63,578 nt of DNA from Spirochaetia bacterium (GCA_017554185.1 JAFZIU010000009.1:1-63578), one strand, 5' to 3'. Numbered from the stretch's first letter, positions 1-9,168 are shown. Translations and numbers: made by a program. The notes: a model not told the origin generated them from the letters alone.

Positions 1-594
1 ATCGCAAACCCGGGCTGCTACCCAACCTGCACCCTGCTGCCGCTCATCCCGCTGGCAAGGGTGGGGCTCTTAAAAGGCAAGATAGTGGCCAACGCCCTCT
101 CCGGCATCTCCGGCTCTGGCCGGAAGGCTAAAGTGCAGAGCCTTTTCTGCGAGCGGACCGAAAACACCTGTGCATACCTGCCGGGCCAGACTCACCGCCA
201 CTTTACCGAAATCGTAAGCCAGATAGCCGCCTTTGACAGCGGTCTGGATCTCTACTTCACCCCACACCTGGTGCCGCTTAAACGGGGCATGGAGGTGACT
301 ACTGTGGTTGATCTGGCAAAGCCGGTGACCAATGATGAAGTACTGCAGATCTACCAGGATTTCTACGGCGACAGACCTTTCGTGAACCTGGTTCCAGGCA
401 CCCTGCCCGAGACCAAGAATGTGTGGGGTTCCAACCGGTGCGACATAAGCTGGCAGGTGCAGGGAAGCACAATACTGCTGTTCTCTGTAATCGACAACTT
501 AGTTAAAGGCGCCTCCGGTCAGGCGGTGCAGAACATGAACATCCGCTTCGGCTTTAAAGAGACTGCAGGGCTTTCCCTGTATGGAGAGCTGTGA
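1..594 (+). CDS. argC: N-acetyl-gamma-glutamyl-phosphate reductase (5' partial)
   Basis: Frame is open from base 1 (IANPGCYPT catalytic motif); also SGISGSGR and DNLVKGASGQAVQNMN; first gene of the arg cluster. Confidence 0.97.
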   Translation: MANPGCYPTCTLLPLIPLARVGLLKGKIVANALSGISGSGRKAKVQSLFCERTENTCAYLPGQTHRHFTEIVSQIAAFDSGLDLYFTPHLVPLKRGMEVTTVVDLAKPVTNDEVLQIYQDFYGDRPFVNLVPGTLPETKNVWGSNRCDISWQVQGSTILLFSVIDNLVKGASGQAVQNMNIRFGFKETAGLSLYGEL

Positions 595-1358
595 TGAAGG
601 ATATAGTTGTAGTAAAGACCGGAGGCAAGGCAGCCTCGGATGCGGCGGCTATGGCCGCCCTGTTCAGGGAGATGCAGGGCCTTTCCGCCCAGTACTCCTT
701 TATACTGGTGCACGGCGGCGGGGCAGAGCTTTCCCGCATAAGCAAGGTGTTCAACCTGGAGCCTGTGTTCAAGGACGGAGTGCGCCTTACCACACCGCCC
801 GAGATGGAGATTGCCGACATGGTGCTTGCCGGGAAGATGAACAAGGAGCTGGTGCGGCTGGGGAACACTGCCGGCTGCAAGGCTGTGGGGCTTTCGGGAT
901 GCGACGGCTGCATCTTCACCGGCAAGGCGCTTAGCGATGCCTCCCACACCGGCAAGGTGACTGGTGTTGACGCCGGGTTACTTGCTCTGCTGCTGGATAA
1001 CGGCTATCTGCCGGTGGTCTCCTCGGTCTCCATGGAGGCATGCGGGAAGGCCCTGAACATAAACGCAGACGAGGCGGCCCTGGCTGTGGCCCAGGCTATG
1101 AAGGCAAGAAAGCTTTTCTTTATTTCCGATATCCCCGGAGTGCTCAAGGAAGGAAAGGTCATCAGCCTCCTAACCAAAGCTCAGTCCCAGGCAGAGATTG
1201 AAGGCGGCATAATCTCCGGCGGCATGATCCCCAAGGTCAATTCATCAATAGCTGCCTTGGAAAAAGGGGTAAAAGAGATTAGTATAGGCGAATACAAGGT
1301 TCTTGGCGACCTTGAGAAGACAATAGAAAGAAAGATCGGGACCAGCATAGTCCTGTGA
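591..1358 (+). CDS. argB: Acetylglutamate kinase
   Basis: VVKTGG, VHGGG, NINADEAA, GGMIPKV motifs; overlaps argC stop. Confidence 0.96.
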   Translation: MMKDIVVVKTGGKAASDAAAMAALFREMQGLSAQYSFILVHGGGAELSRISKVFNLEPVFKDGVRLTTPPEMEIADMVLAGKMNKELVRLGNTAGCKAVGLSGCDGCIFTGKALSDASHTGKVTGVDAGLLALLLDNGYLPVVSSVSMEACGKALNINADEAALAVAQAMKARKLFFISDIPGVLKEGKVISLLTKAQSQAEIEGGIISGGMIPKVNSSIAALEKGVKEISIGEYKVLGDLEKTIERKIGTSIVL

Positions 1359-1374
1359 CATACAAGGAGAAAAA

Positions 1375-2589
1375 ATGATACCTAAAAGCACTGTGTATAA
1401 CGCTCCCTATCCGAAAAGCTACGGCAGCGAGTTCACCCTGTTCGACCACGGAGAGGGCTGCTATATATTTGATGTGGAAGGAAAGAAGTATCTGGACCTG
1501 GGCTCCGGCATTGCGGTGAACACCCTTGGCTACGGCCGGGAAGACCTGGCAAAGGCAGCCTACGACCAGATGAAGAAGATCATCCACACCTCTAACCTCT
1601 ACACCTCGGAGGCAACTCTGCTGGTGGCAGACAAGCTTACATCATTCGGCAACTTTGCAGCAGTCCACTTCGGGAACAGCGGCACCGAGGCCAACGAGGC
1701 AGCCATCAAGTTTGCACGGCTTTATGCAAAGCGGAAGAAGGGGGGCGGACATCACAAGATCATAGCCTTTGAATCTGCATTCCACGGGCGCACCATGGGT
1801 GCCCTTTCCTGTACCTACAACCCGCACTACCGGGAGGACTGCGGGCCGCTGGTGCCTGGAGTCGAGTTCCTTCCATACAATGATGTGGAGACTTTGAAAA
1901 AGACTGTGGACGGCACCTACGCTGCCATCATAGTAGAAGTGATCCAGGGCGAAGGCGGTCTCAAGTGCATGACCAAGGAATTTGCCAAGGCACTTAACGA
2001 AGTGTGTGCACAGCAGGATGTGATCCTGATTGCCGACGAGGTTCAGACCGGCCTTACAAGAACCGGCTACCCATTTGCCTGCGGCCTTGTTGATCTGAAT
2101 CCAGATATCATCACCCTGGCCAAGCCTTTGGCCGGCGGTCTGCCCCTCTCTGCAACCCTCATACCAATGAAGGTGAACGAGATACTGCAGCCTGGTGACC
2201 ATGGTTCCACCTTCGGCGGAAACCCAGTCGCCTGTGCCGTTGCAAACCAGATGCTGGAAACCCTGTTCTTCCCGCCTTTCATCTTCGAAGTGCAGGCTAA
2301 GGGCGAGTATCTCAAGAAGAAAATAGAAGGACTCAAGGCACAGTTCGACTGTATCGGAGAACTGCGGGGTGCCGGCATGCTCCGGGGCTTCGAGGTCAAC
2401 ACACCGTCCGGTTACCAGGGAGAGCTTTCCAAGGACCTCATCGCCGAATGCAAGGCCAACGGCGTCCTTGTACTGCGGTCCGGAACCAATGTCATCCGCC
2501 TGGCCCCTCCGCTTGTCATAAGCGAGAAAGAGCTGGACGAGGGCTTTGATATTATTGCAAAATCTTTGAAAAATTTATTGAATAAATAA
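1375..2589 (+). CDS. argD: Acetylornithine aminotransferase (class III PLP)
   Basis: NSGTEANEAA, FHGRT, DEVQTG, LAKPLAGG, HGSTFGGNP motifs; arg cluster. Confidence 0.95.
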   Translation: MIPKSTVYNAPYPKSYGSEFTLFDHGEGCYIFDVEGKKYLDLGSGIAVNTLGYGREDLAKAAYDQMKKIIHTSNLYTSEATLLVADKLTSFGNFAAVHFGNSGTEANEAAIKFARLYAKRKKGGGHHKIIAFESAFHGRTMGALSCTYNPHYREDCGPLVPGVEFLPYNDVETLKKTVDGTYAAIIVEVIQGEGGLKCMTKEFAKALNEVCAQQDVILIADEVQTGLTRTGYPFACGLVDLNPDIITLAKPLAGGLPLSATLIPMKVNEILQPGDHGSTFGGNPVACAVANQMLETLFFPPFIFEVQAKGEYLKKKIEGLKAQFDCIGELRGAGMLRGFEVNTPSGYQGELSKDLIAECKANGVLVLRSGTNVIRLAPPLVISEKELDEGFDIIAKSLKNLLNK

Positions 2590-2600
2590 GGGAGATCATT

Positions 2601-3863
2601 ATGGCTAAGAAAATAGTACTTGCATATTCTGGTGGACTTGATACAACTGTCATCATCCCATGGCTTAAGGAAAATTACGATTACGATGTCATCGCTGTCT
2701 GCGTGGACGTGGGACAGGGGGACGACTGGGCTGCAATCAAGGCACGGGCCCTCAAGACAGGAGCTTCTGCATGCTACGTTGTCGATGCACGTCAGGAATA
2801 CATTGAAGAGTATGTTTGGCCGGCACTCAAGGCCAACTGTAAATACGAGGATCAGTACCTTCTGGGTACCTCCACTGCACGGCCTTTGATCGGAAAGATT
2901 CTGGTCGAGTATGCACGGCAGGAGGGCGCAGTTGCTATCTGTCACGGAGCTACCGGAAAAGGAAACGACCAGATTCGGTTCGAGCTGGCAATCAAGGCAT
3001 TTGCGCCGGACCTCAAGGTTATTGCCGCATGGCGCGATGACAAGTGGAACATGGACAGCCGCGACGCCGAGATCAAGTTCCTGGAGGACAGGGGTCTTGA
3101 GGTTCCGATGAAGAAGGACCAGTCCTACAGCCGCGACGAGAATATCTGGCACCTTTCCCACGAGGGACTTGAGCTTGAGAAGACCCAGAATGAGCCTAAC
3201 TACAAGCATATGCTGCAGAACACAGTATGCCCCGAGGAGGCTCCTGAGGCTGGCGAGTATGTGAAGATTGAGTTCGAGAAAGGTATTCCGGTAAGCGTGA
3301 ACGACAAGAAAATGAATGGACTCGAGATCATGCTGGAACTTAACAAAATCGGAGGAAGGAACGGCGTTGGCCTTGTGGATATCTGCGAGAACCGCTGTGT
3401 CGGCATGAAGAGCCGCGGTGTGTACGAGACTCCTGGTGGATCTATTCTCTATGCAGCACACGAGATGATGGATCACCTGTGCCTGGACCGGGACACCTAT
3501 CATTTCAAGCAGCAGATATCGCTGCGGATGAGCGAACTTATCTACGATGGCAAGTGGTTCACCCCGCTGATGGATGCATGCAAGGCATTTATCGACATGA
3601 CACAGAAGACCTGCACCGGATGGGTAAAGCTTAAGCTGTATAAGGGCTCTATCCGCGGCGCCGGCTCATGGTCAAAGTACAGCTTGTACAACGAGAGCAT
3701 CGCTTCCTTTACAACTGGCGAGCTTTATAACCATAAGGATGCCCAGGGCTTCATCACTCTGTTCGGACTGCCGCTCAAGGTGCGGGCTCTTATGGAGCAG
3801 CAGGTGGGCGAAGGGCAGGCAATACTGGAGAGCAAAAGCTTCAAGAAGCGGCCTACCGAGTAA
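2601..3863 (+). CDS. argG: Argininosuccinate synthase
   Basis: LAYSGGLDT, HGATGKGNDQ, ENRCVGMKSRGVYETPG motifs. Confidence 0.98.
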   Translation: MAKKIVLAYSGGLDTTVIIPWLKENYDYDVIAVCVDVGQGDDWAAIKARALKTGASACYVVDARQEYIEEYVWPALKANCKYEDQYLLGTSTARPLIGKILVEYARQEGAVAICHGATGKGNDQIRFELAIKAFAPDLKVIAAWRDDKWNMDSRDAEIKFLEDRGLEVPMKKDQSYSRDENIWHLSHEGLELEKTQNEPNYKHMLQNTVCPEEAPEAGEYVKIEFEKGIPVSVNDKKMNGLEIMLELNKIGGRNGVGLVDICENRCVGMKSRGVYETPGGSILYAAHEMMDHLCLDRDTYHFKQQISLRMSELIYDGKWFTPLMDACKAFIDMTQKTCTGWVKLKLYKGSIRGAGSWSKYSLYNESIASFTTGELYNHKDAQGFITLFGLPLKVRALMEQQVGEGQAILESKSFKKRPTE

Positions 3864-3875
3864 GCTTGCTTTTTG

Positions 3876-3905
3876 TTGACAGGTTCAGCAGAATCTGATT
3901 ATAAT
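3876..3905 (+). promoter_or_regulatory. Consensus sigma70 promoter with no downstream sense ORF
   Basis: TTGACA (3876-3881), 18-nt spacer, TATAAT (3900-3905); spacer contains TCAG/CTGA inverted repeat. Confidence 0.8.
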
Positions 3906-3911
3906 TAAATA

Positions 3912-4028
3912 TCACGAGCGGAAAGGCTACCGCCGGGTGCTGATTAATCAGCATGACTGATTGAGGAACGGCCGCCCTCAGATAATTTTTATACGCGGAA
4001 GACCGGGATATACCCGGTCTTTTGTTTT
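3912..4028 (+). ncRNA. Putative ~115-nt structured small RNA antisense to the 3' end of the PBECR-like gene
   Basis: Bounded by a consensus promoter and an intrinsic terminator; GC-rich stems GCGG/CCGC and TGAGG/CCTCA plus perfect palindrome TGCTGATTAATCAGCA (3938-3953); ends are estimated. Confidence 0.55.
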
Positions 4029-4493
4029 ATACAGGGATTTATGCAGAATAATCTGACCATCAATATCAGACAATTCTATTGCTGCTAGTCTATTCTTTTC
4101 GAACCTTTTTACAAATAAAAGAGAATCTCTGTTTTTACCGTTCGGTTTCTTTCTCGTATCCTTAATCACTTCATCTGGATAAGAAAAAACTTTCTGCAAA
4201 TCTGCATACTCGGCAACACCAACATCTTTGTGGCCATGATTTGCAATGTGATCAATAAAATAACCCTTGCTGCTATAAATGCGGTTATCAACTGCAGTAC
4301 CATCAAAGAAAGGAAGATAGCACAAGGGCAGAAACGCAATAGCTTCAAGAATATTACCAAATCTTTCTTCGCATTCAAGAAGACTCTTCCCTTCTGCCCA
4401 TTTTATATCTAAGGTATTGGATGCCCATTCTATAACTCGGTGCAGCATAACTTCAATCTCTTTATCCTTTTCACTTAAAATAAAAGCACTCAT
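3978..4493 (-). CDS. Putative PBECR-type (Barnase/EndoU/ColE5/RelE-like fold) nuclease or toxin
   Basis: 171 aa with RBS (GTAGGAG); pattern DHIANH...Y..LQ.V...PDEV..D...SLLFVKRF...IILHKSLY resembles PBECR families; recognised by eye only. Confidence 0.5.
   Translation of the reverse strand: MSAFILSEKDKEIEVMLHRVIEWASNTLDIKWAEGKSLLECEERFGNILEAIAFLPLCYLPFFDGTAVDNRIYSSKGYFIDHIANHGHKDVGVAEYADLQKVFSYPDEVIKDTRKKPNGKNRDSLLFVKRFEKNRLAAIELSDIDGQIILHKSLYKTKDRVYPGLPRIKII
3999..4028 (+). terminator. Intrinsic terminator embedded in the opposite-strand CDS
   Basis: AAGACCGGG-ATATA-CCCGGTCTT followed by TTGTTTT. Confidence 0.75.
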
Positions 4494-4515
4494 AGTAAAT
4501 CTCCTACCTGTATAG

Positions 4516-4564
4516 ACGCAAAAAAAATCAATTTTGCTTCAATTTTTGAGAAAAAAGTTTGAAA
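4516..4564. repeat. Conserved AT-rich element, copy 1 of 3
   Basis: ACGCAAAAAAAATCAATTTTGCTTCAATTTTTGAGAAAAAAGTTTGAAA; identical to 9169-9217. Confidence 0.95.
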
Positions 4565-4671
4565 TATTTTCATCTGTAGCATTATTTGCGACAGCAGATG
4601 AAATATGATATTATTTACATATGACACAGGTACTGGATTGTCTACAATAAAGGGGCAAGGGGAAAAGAGTT

Positions 4672-5676
4672 ATGGATAAAAAAGTTAAAATAACATTGTT
4701 GTCAACTATAAAAAGAGGAAGAAAGAGTACAAGATACTTAACAAAGTATAATAACAATTATGCCTCTGTTAAGTTGGATAATAATGAAAATTATTCCCGT
4801 GGAATGGAAATAGAAGTTTCAGAAAAGGAAATAAATGATAAGGAATTTAAAGAAGCTTGGGTAAAAGATATAAAATCTTGGGAAGATAAAAAAAGAAAGA
4901 TTCTAGAACATTTAAGCAAATATAAGAAAGAGAAAATAACAGAAACTGAAGGATATTGGAGAAATAAGGATGGGGATATAATTTTTTATCCCCATATCCT
5001 GCCAGATGATGAAGAAAAGAAAAATATTTTAGATTCTGCTTATAAGGCCTCAATTGAAAATCTTTACGATGAGAAAAAAAATAAAGGTAATAATGTTATT
5101 CATATAGGCTTTAAAAATCTGAATTCTTCCCAGGCATTTGCATTTAATTTTTTTAAGCCTATAATTGATGAAAATATATTCGATAAGTTATTATCAGATT
5201 CGCAAATTTCAACTATTGATGAATCAGATTTTGAGAAAAAAAATCCAGATAGAACTCAGTTCGATTTTTTCTTGCAATCTGGCAAGGTTAAATGTTGTTT
5301 TGAAGTAAAATATACAGAAAGTGATTTTGGCGCTGCTTCTCAGAATTCAGATTATTCAAACTACAAAGAAAAACTAAAAGAATTATTAAAAGAAAAAATA
5401 GAAAAAGAAGATTTCTTTGATGAATATCAATTGTGGAGAAATATTATTTTTGCTTTGGACGGTTATCAGGTCTTCTTTGTATTTCCTAAGTTTAGGGATG
5501 ATTTAGCAAAAAAAGTCGAAGACGCTAAAAATAAATGTAAAGATAATTTCAAAGATAATATTAAGATTCTCTATGTTAATGATTTTGTAGAAAAAATGAA
5601 AAATTCTGAAAACAAAAAATTACGAGATCATTATACAGAGTTTTCTAAGAAATACTTGGAAATACCAACAATCTGA
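4672..5676 (+). CDS. PGN_0703-family putative PD-(D/E)XK restriction-like endonuclease
   Basis: NLNSSQAFAFNFF and TQFDFF...FEVKYTESDFG motifs; strongly AT-rich. Confidence 0.65.
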   Translation: MDKKVKITLLSTIKRGRKSTRYLTKYNNNYASVKLDNNENYSRGMEIEVSEKEINDKEFKEAWVKDIKSWEDKKRKILEHLSKYKKEKITETEGYWRNKDGDIIFYPHILPDDEEKKNILDSAYKASIENLYDEKKNKGNNVIHIGFKNLNSSQAFAFNFFKPIIDENIFDKLLSDSQISTIDESDFEKKNPDRTQFDFFLQSGKVKCCFEVKYTESDFGAASQNSDYSNYKEKLKELLKEKIEKEDFFDEYQLWRNIIFALDGYQVFFVFPKFRDDLAKKVEDAKNKCKDNFKDNIKILYVNDFVEKMKNSENKKLRDHYTEFSKKYLEIPTI

Positions 5677-5957
5677 CCATTTGGGTTTTTATTTGCTTAA
5701 TTAATATAATATTCCACATTTCATTAGCGTTCCATCAACTATTTACCCTTGTTTGATACGATAAATAAAGCATTTGATTTTCTGATTTGCAAAAATCGAA
5801 AAAAATGCCGTTTTTGAGAAATTGTATAAAATCTTGTAATTAAATGAATTAGTAAAAAACTTTCGGTTAAAGTTATAGAATCTTTACAATTTTTAGCTGG
5901 TTTGCTATCTTGTCGCTTGCCTAAATGGGCGGAATTTTTTTATAGGAGAATCCGCAG

Positions 5958-7565
5958 TTGTTATTAGATGTAAATGACCTAGTGAGAAAAGAAAAAAAAG
6001 AGGGGATGGAAACCATCGTTTTTGCGTATGACGAACTGGACTATGCAATGAAGTTCTATGCCAAATGCCTTGAGGAAAATATCAAGCCTGTCATCGGGCA
6101 GAAGGTTATCATAGGCGGGCGCGAAGTGGTGCTCCTTTGCAAGGATGAAGAAGGGTATAGGATCCTATGCCGTCATTCTGCTGATGCAGAACGCTCATTT
6201 ACCGAGGAGGAGACTTCCCATTTTGTCTTTACAACCCTGGAAGCCGCCAATAAAGACAGCAAGCAGATTCCATATATTTTCCCTGAAGGCTATTTTACAA
6301 AAGAGAACTTTTTTAAGCGGCAGATTGATAATCTTCCTGATGTTCCCTTCCCGGCCGGCATTGGCAGTGCGGCTGAGTATCTCACCTCTCTTGTGGATAA
6401 GGGAATCAGATACAGGTATGGTGACCCGACTCCAGAGGTACAGCTGCGGATTCAGCAGGAACTTAATGCAATAATCTCAAATCATCTGGAGAAATATTTC
6501 CTTTTAATTTGGGAGATGACAGCCATGTGCCGTAAAAGGGGAATCCTGTATTCCACATCTTGCGATGACTCCAATGCTTCCATGATATGCTATGTGCTCA
6601 GAATCACTGATGTTGATCCCCTTAAGCACAACCTTTATTTTGAGTTCTTTATAGATCCCAGCAGAGATATTTATCCAAAAATAAATCTCTTTGTGTCAAA
6701 AAATATTATCCAGCATTTACGGAATGTTTATGGTGCTGATTGTGTGGCCTATAACATAGATAAAGAGGAATGGGAAAGGGAAGAGAAAGTTTCCGAATAT
6801 CGCCTTGGCCGTAATTTAATAATTGCAAAGAAGCCTATCTGTAACTATATTCCGGTTTATGAGAGCCCAAGAGGACTGGCCGGTTGGAATGACGGATATG
6901 CAGATGTCCCCTGCTTTAATATCCTGACAGAAGATTGCTGGGGAAAATACTCTTCAGTTGCTCATAGGACTTTCCACACAATATCATTCACAGACCGGAA
7001 AACTCTTAGCTATGTCAAAAAGAATAGGGCAAAGATTTATAGGGGTTATTGGTTCACCGACAAGGTGAAAAGACGGCTTAGAGATTTCAAGCTGAATTCC
7101 TTTGCTAATTTAGTTGTGGTGGAGGCTATTCTTAATATTTACGACGATGACCTTGCTTTGGAGCTTTTTGTAGACATTATTAACAGGCAGAAAAAAGGCT
7201 ATGAACCGCTGTTTGATGGATCTGATGAAATTCTTGGGGAGACCTATGGAAAACTCCTGTTCAAGGAGCAATTTATTCAGATTGTTCAACTGGTTACAGG
7301 GTGGAACATGGAGAAATCGGTTCTGTTCCTTCGCAATGCGGCCCGCAGAAAATATGATGAATTAAAGATACTGATGGATGAGTTCATGGAATGTGCTGTG
7401 AAGTTCGGGCTTTCTTGCGATGTCGCTAAAGAACTGTTCGCCACTTTACAGGATTCGGCAGTCTGGCTGGTATCCAAAGCTTGGTGTCTGGGACAGGCTA
7501 AGTATGTTTGGCAGGATTCATATCTGAAGGCACATTATCCCAAGGCGTTAATTTCGAAAAGGTGA
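5958..7565 (+). CDS. Truncated, catalytically degenerate DNA polymerase III alpha (DnaE) homologue
   Basis: DnaE landmarks ITDVDPLKHNLYFEFF, ETYG...EQ..Q and YLKAHYP; PDIDxD replaced by PKINLF and KxDxL by CFNIL; ends right after YLKAHYP. Confidence 0.8.
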   Translation: MLLDVNDLVRKEKKEGMETIVFAYDELDYAMKFYAKCLEENIKPVIGQKVIIGGREVVLLCKDEEGYRILCRHSADAERSFTEEETSHFVFTTLEAANKDSKQIPYIFPEGYFTKENFFKRQIDNLPDVPFPAGIGSAAEYLTSLVDKGIRYRYGDPTPEVQLRIQQELNAIISNHLEKYFLLIWEMTAMCRKRGILYSTSCDDSNASMICYVLRITDVDPLKHNLYFEFFIDPSRDIYPKINLFVSKNIIQHLRNVYGADCVAYNIDKEEWEREEKVSEYRLGRNLIIAKKPICNYIPVYESPRGLAGWNDGYADVPCFNILTEDCWGKYSSVAHRTFHTISFTDRKTLSYVKKNRAKIYRGYWFTDKVKRRLRDFKLNSFANLVVVEAILNIYDDDLALELFVDIINRQKKGYEPLFDGSDEILGETYGKLLFKEQFIQIVQLVTGWNMEKSVLFLRNAARRKYDELKILMDEFMECAVKFGLSCDVAKELFATLQDSAVWLVSKAWCLGQAKYVWQDSYLKAHYPKALISKR

Positions 7566-7580
7566 TAAGGAGAAGGTAAT

Positions 7581-7988
7581 ATGAGGAAAGGTTTTTCATT
7601 TGTTTTAGTTCTATTATTTTTGTTTGTTTCAGTCGGTATCTTTGCGCAAGGATACAACCCAAATGGTGTTTATCCCCCTTATGATATAGGGAAGTGCCAG
7701 AATATGTTGGGGCGGGCTCTGACTGCCAAGTTTGATCTGGCGCAGAATGGTCAGGATTATTCAGATGTTTCTGTTCAGAAAGCAATTCTTCTTACCGGAC
7801 TGACAAAGAAACAGGCTGAAGTGACCGTCAAATATTGTCCTAAGCTTATGAGATTTTGGAATGACGAAAAGCTTTGGTCCGATAAGGAAAGGCTTACCCC
7901 CGATATATTCTATAGATTGATGCTTAATGTGGATACAAACTCCACCATGATTTATGGGGATATGATTAATGATTTGTACAATAATTAG
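7581..7988 (+). CDS. Hypothetical exported protein
   Basis: RBS, N-terminal signal peptide ending GIFA-Q; no family recognised. Confidence 0.7.
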   Translation: MRKGFSFVLVLLFLFVSVGIFAQGYNPNGVYPPYDIGKCQNMLGRALTAKFDLAQNGQDYSDVSVQKAILLTGLTKKQAEVTVKYCPKLMRFWNDEKLWSDKERLTPDIFYRLMLNVDTNSTMIYGDMINDLYNN

Positions 7989-7998
7989 GAGATAATTT

Positions 7999-8481
7999 AT
8001 GGAATCGATAATTCTTTATTGCAAGAAATGTGATGGTGTTTTTGTTGGTGCAGAGGGGCAGGCTTCGATTTGTCCCACATGTAAAACAGAATTGGTTGAA
8101 ACTCATTGTTCAGAGGAAAAGTGGGATTCTTTAAACAAGGAGGAGAAGATTTCTCTAAAGCATCAATGGAAGACTCAGATTGTAGAACAGAAAACAGAGG
8201 TAAAAGCAGAACAAAGTGATGACTCTGGTTTGGATGATGTTGCTTTTTCAAAAAAGGTATTTGTCATAATAGCCTGTGCAGTTCTTCTCATTATTGGACT
8301 TCTCTGGGGTTATGGTTTTTGTCAGGCATATTCTGATATTAAAAATGAAGAGGGCTTAATTGTAATGGCTTATAGGATTAGTCATAAAGGGCTGAATCCG
8401 ATTTCCAAGAGCGGCTACAAAACATATTTGCATAACTACCCTAAACTTGAGCGACAGGTAAAGTCATTTAGCAGGTATTGA
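7999..8481 (+). CDS. Zinc-ribbon single-pass membrane protein
   Basis: CKKC...CPTC at N-terminus; hydrophobic helix VFVIIACAVLLIIGLLWGY. Confidence 0.7.
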   Translation: MESIILYCKKCDGVFVGAEGQASICPTCKTELVETHCSEEKWDSLNKEEKISLKHQWKTQIVEQKTEVKAEQSDDSGLDDVAFSKKVFVIIACAVLLIIGLLWGYGFCQAYSDIKNEEGLIVMAYRISHKGLNPISKSGYKTYLHNYPKLERQVKSFSRY

Positions 8482-8517
8482 GCAACTTACTCTGCAGGCT
8501 CAAAAAGCCTGTTGGTG

Positions 8518-8901
8518 TCAGAGCTTTGCCAGCAGGGCTTCCTGCAGCACTTGGGAGCAATTAATATGCTTGCGGTCTGCCAAGATTGATAGCCATCGGG
8601 GGAGCGATACATTTTTACGCACTGCCCGGGTATCTGTTGCTGCTCGGTATGCTAGGGTATCGGCTTTAATTAGCGAAAGCATATCATCCTTATTATGTTT
8701 TATCATTGCTTGGACTGTAGGAGTTGGAATCGATAGATTTTCATCTTCGGCAGTGCAGAGCCAGGCTGCCATTGCATCCGCCATCTGATCCATTGCATCT
8801 ATAAGATCTTTACCGGTAGTAATACAGCCATCAAGATCTGGAATTCTTGCGTATATTTTATTGCCTTTCTTTGTAAAAACTGCGGTGTATGTATATTTCA
8901 T
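8518..8901 (-). CDS. hicB: HicB antitoxin with C-terminal RHH
   Basis: IPDLDGCITTGKDL..A N-terminal domain and RKNVSLPRWL tail; coupled to hicA. Confidence 0.92.
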   Translation of the reverse strand: MKYTYTAVFTKKGNKIYARIPDLDGCITTGKDLIDAMDQMADAMAAWLCTAEDENLSIPTPTVQAMIKHNKDDMLSLIKADTLAYRAATDTRAVRKNVSLPRWLSILADRKHINCSQVLQEALLAKL

Positions 8902-9086
8902 CTTCTTTCTCCTAATTCTATTTCTTTCTCAATATAACGCAGATCATTCTTGTCAAAGCCATGTCGTTTAAGTGGTATTGCACGCCGTAGTTCTGCATTG
9001 AAGTAGATATCGTGGTTGCCGCCATGGCGTTTTAAAAAATATCCAGCCTTCTCCAGAAGCTTAATCGCTTTCCTATGAGCAATCAT
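8898..9086 (-). CDS. hicA: HicA mRNA interferase toxin
   Basis: 62 aa, GYFLKRHGGNHDIY..IPLKRH. Confidence 0.9.
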   Translation of the reverse strand: MIAHRKAIKLLEKAGYFLKRHGGNHDIYFNAELRRAIPLKRHGFDKNDLRYIEKEIELGERR

Positions 9087-9100
9087 AAGCAGCCTCCCTA

Positions 9101-9129
9101 AATTTACACAAAATTACACAACAAGTCAA
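9101..9129 (-). promoter_or_regulatory. hicAB promoter with tandem TGTGTAA operator-like repeats
   Basis: Minus strand TTGACT-17 nt-TAAATT; 10-bp tandem repeat AATTTACACA AAATTACACA. Confidence 0.6.
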
Positions 9130-9168
9130 CGACTTTTTAATTCTCTTTTCAAAGCTCCTACTTCTATT

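Noticed and set aside
2412-3503. 363-aa minus-strand ORF
   Set aside because: Antisense shadow of argG with no motifs or RBS
5800-5880. Weak resemblance of CTTGTAATTAAATGAATTA.. to CTTGTATTACAATCAATTA.. near 49490
   Set aside because: Low-complexity AT-rich match that could be chance
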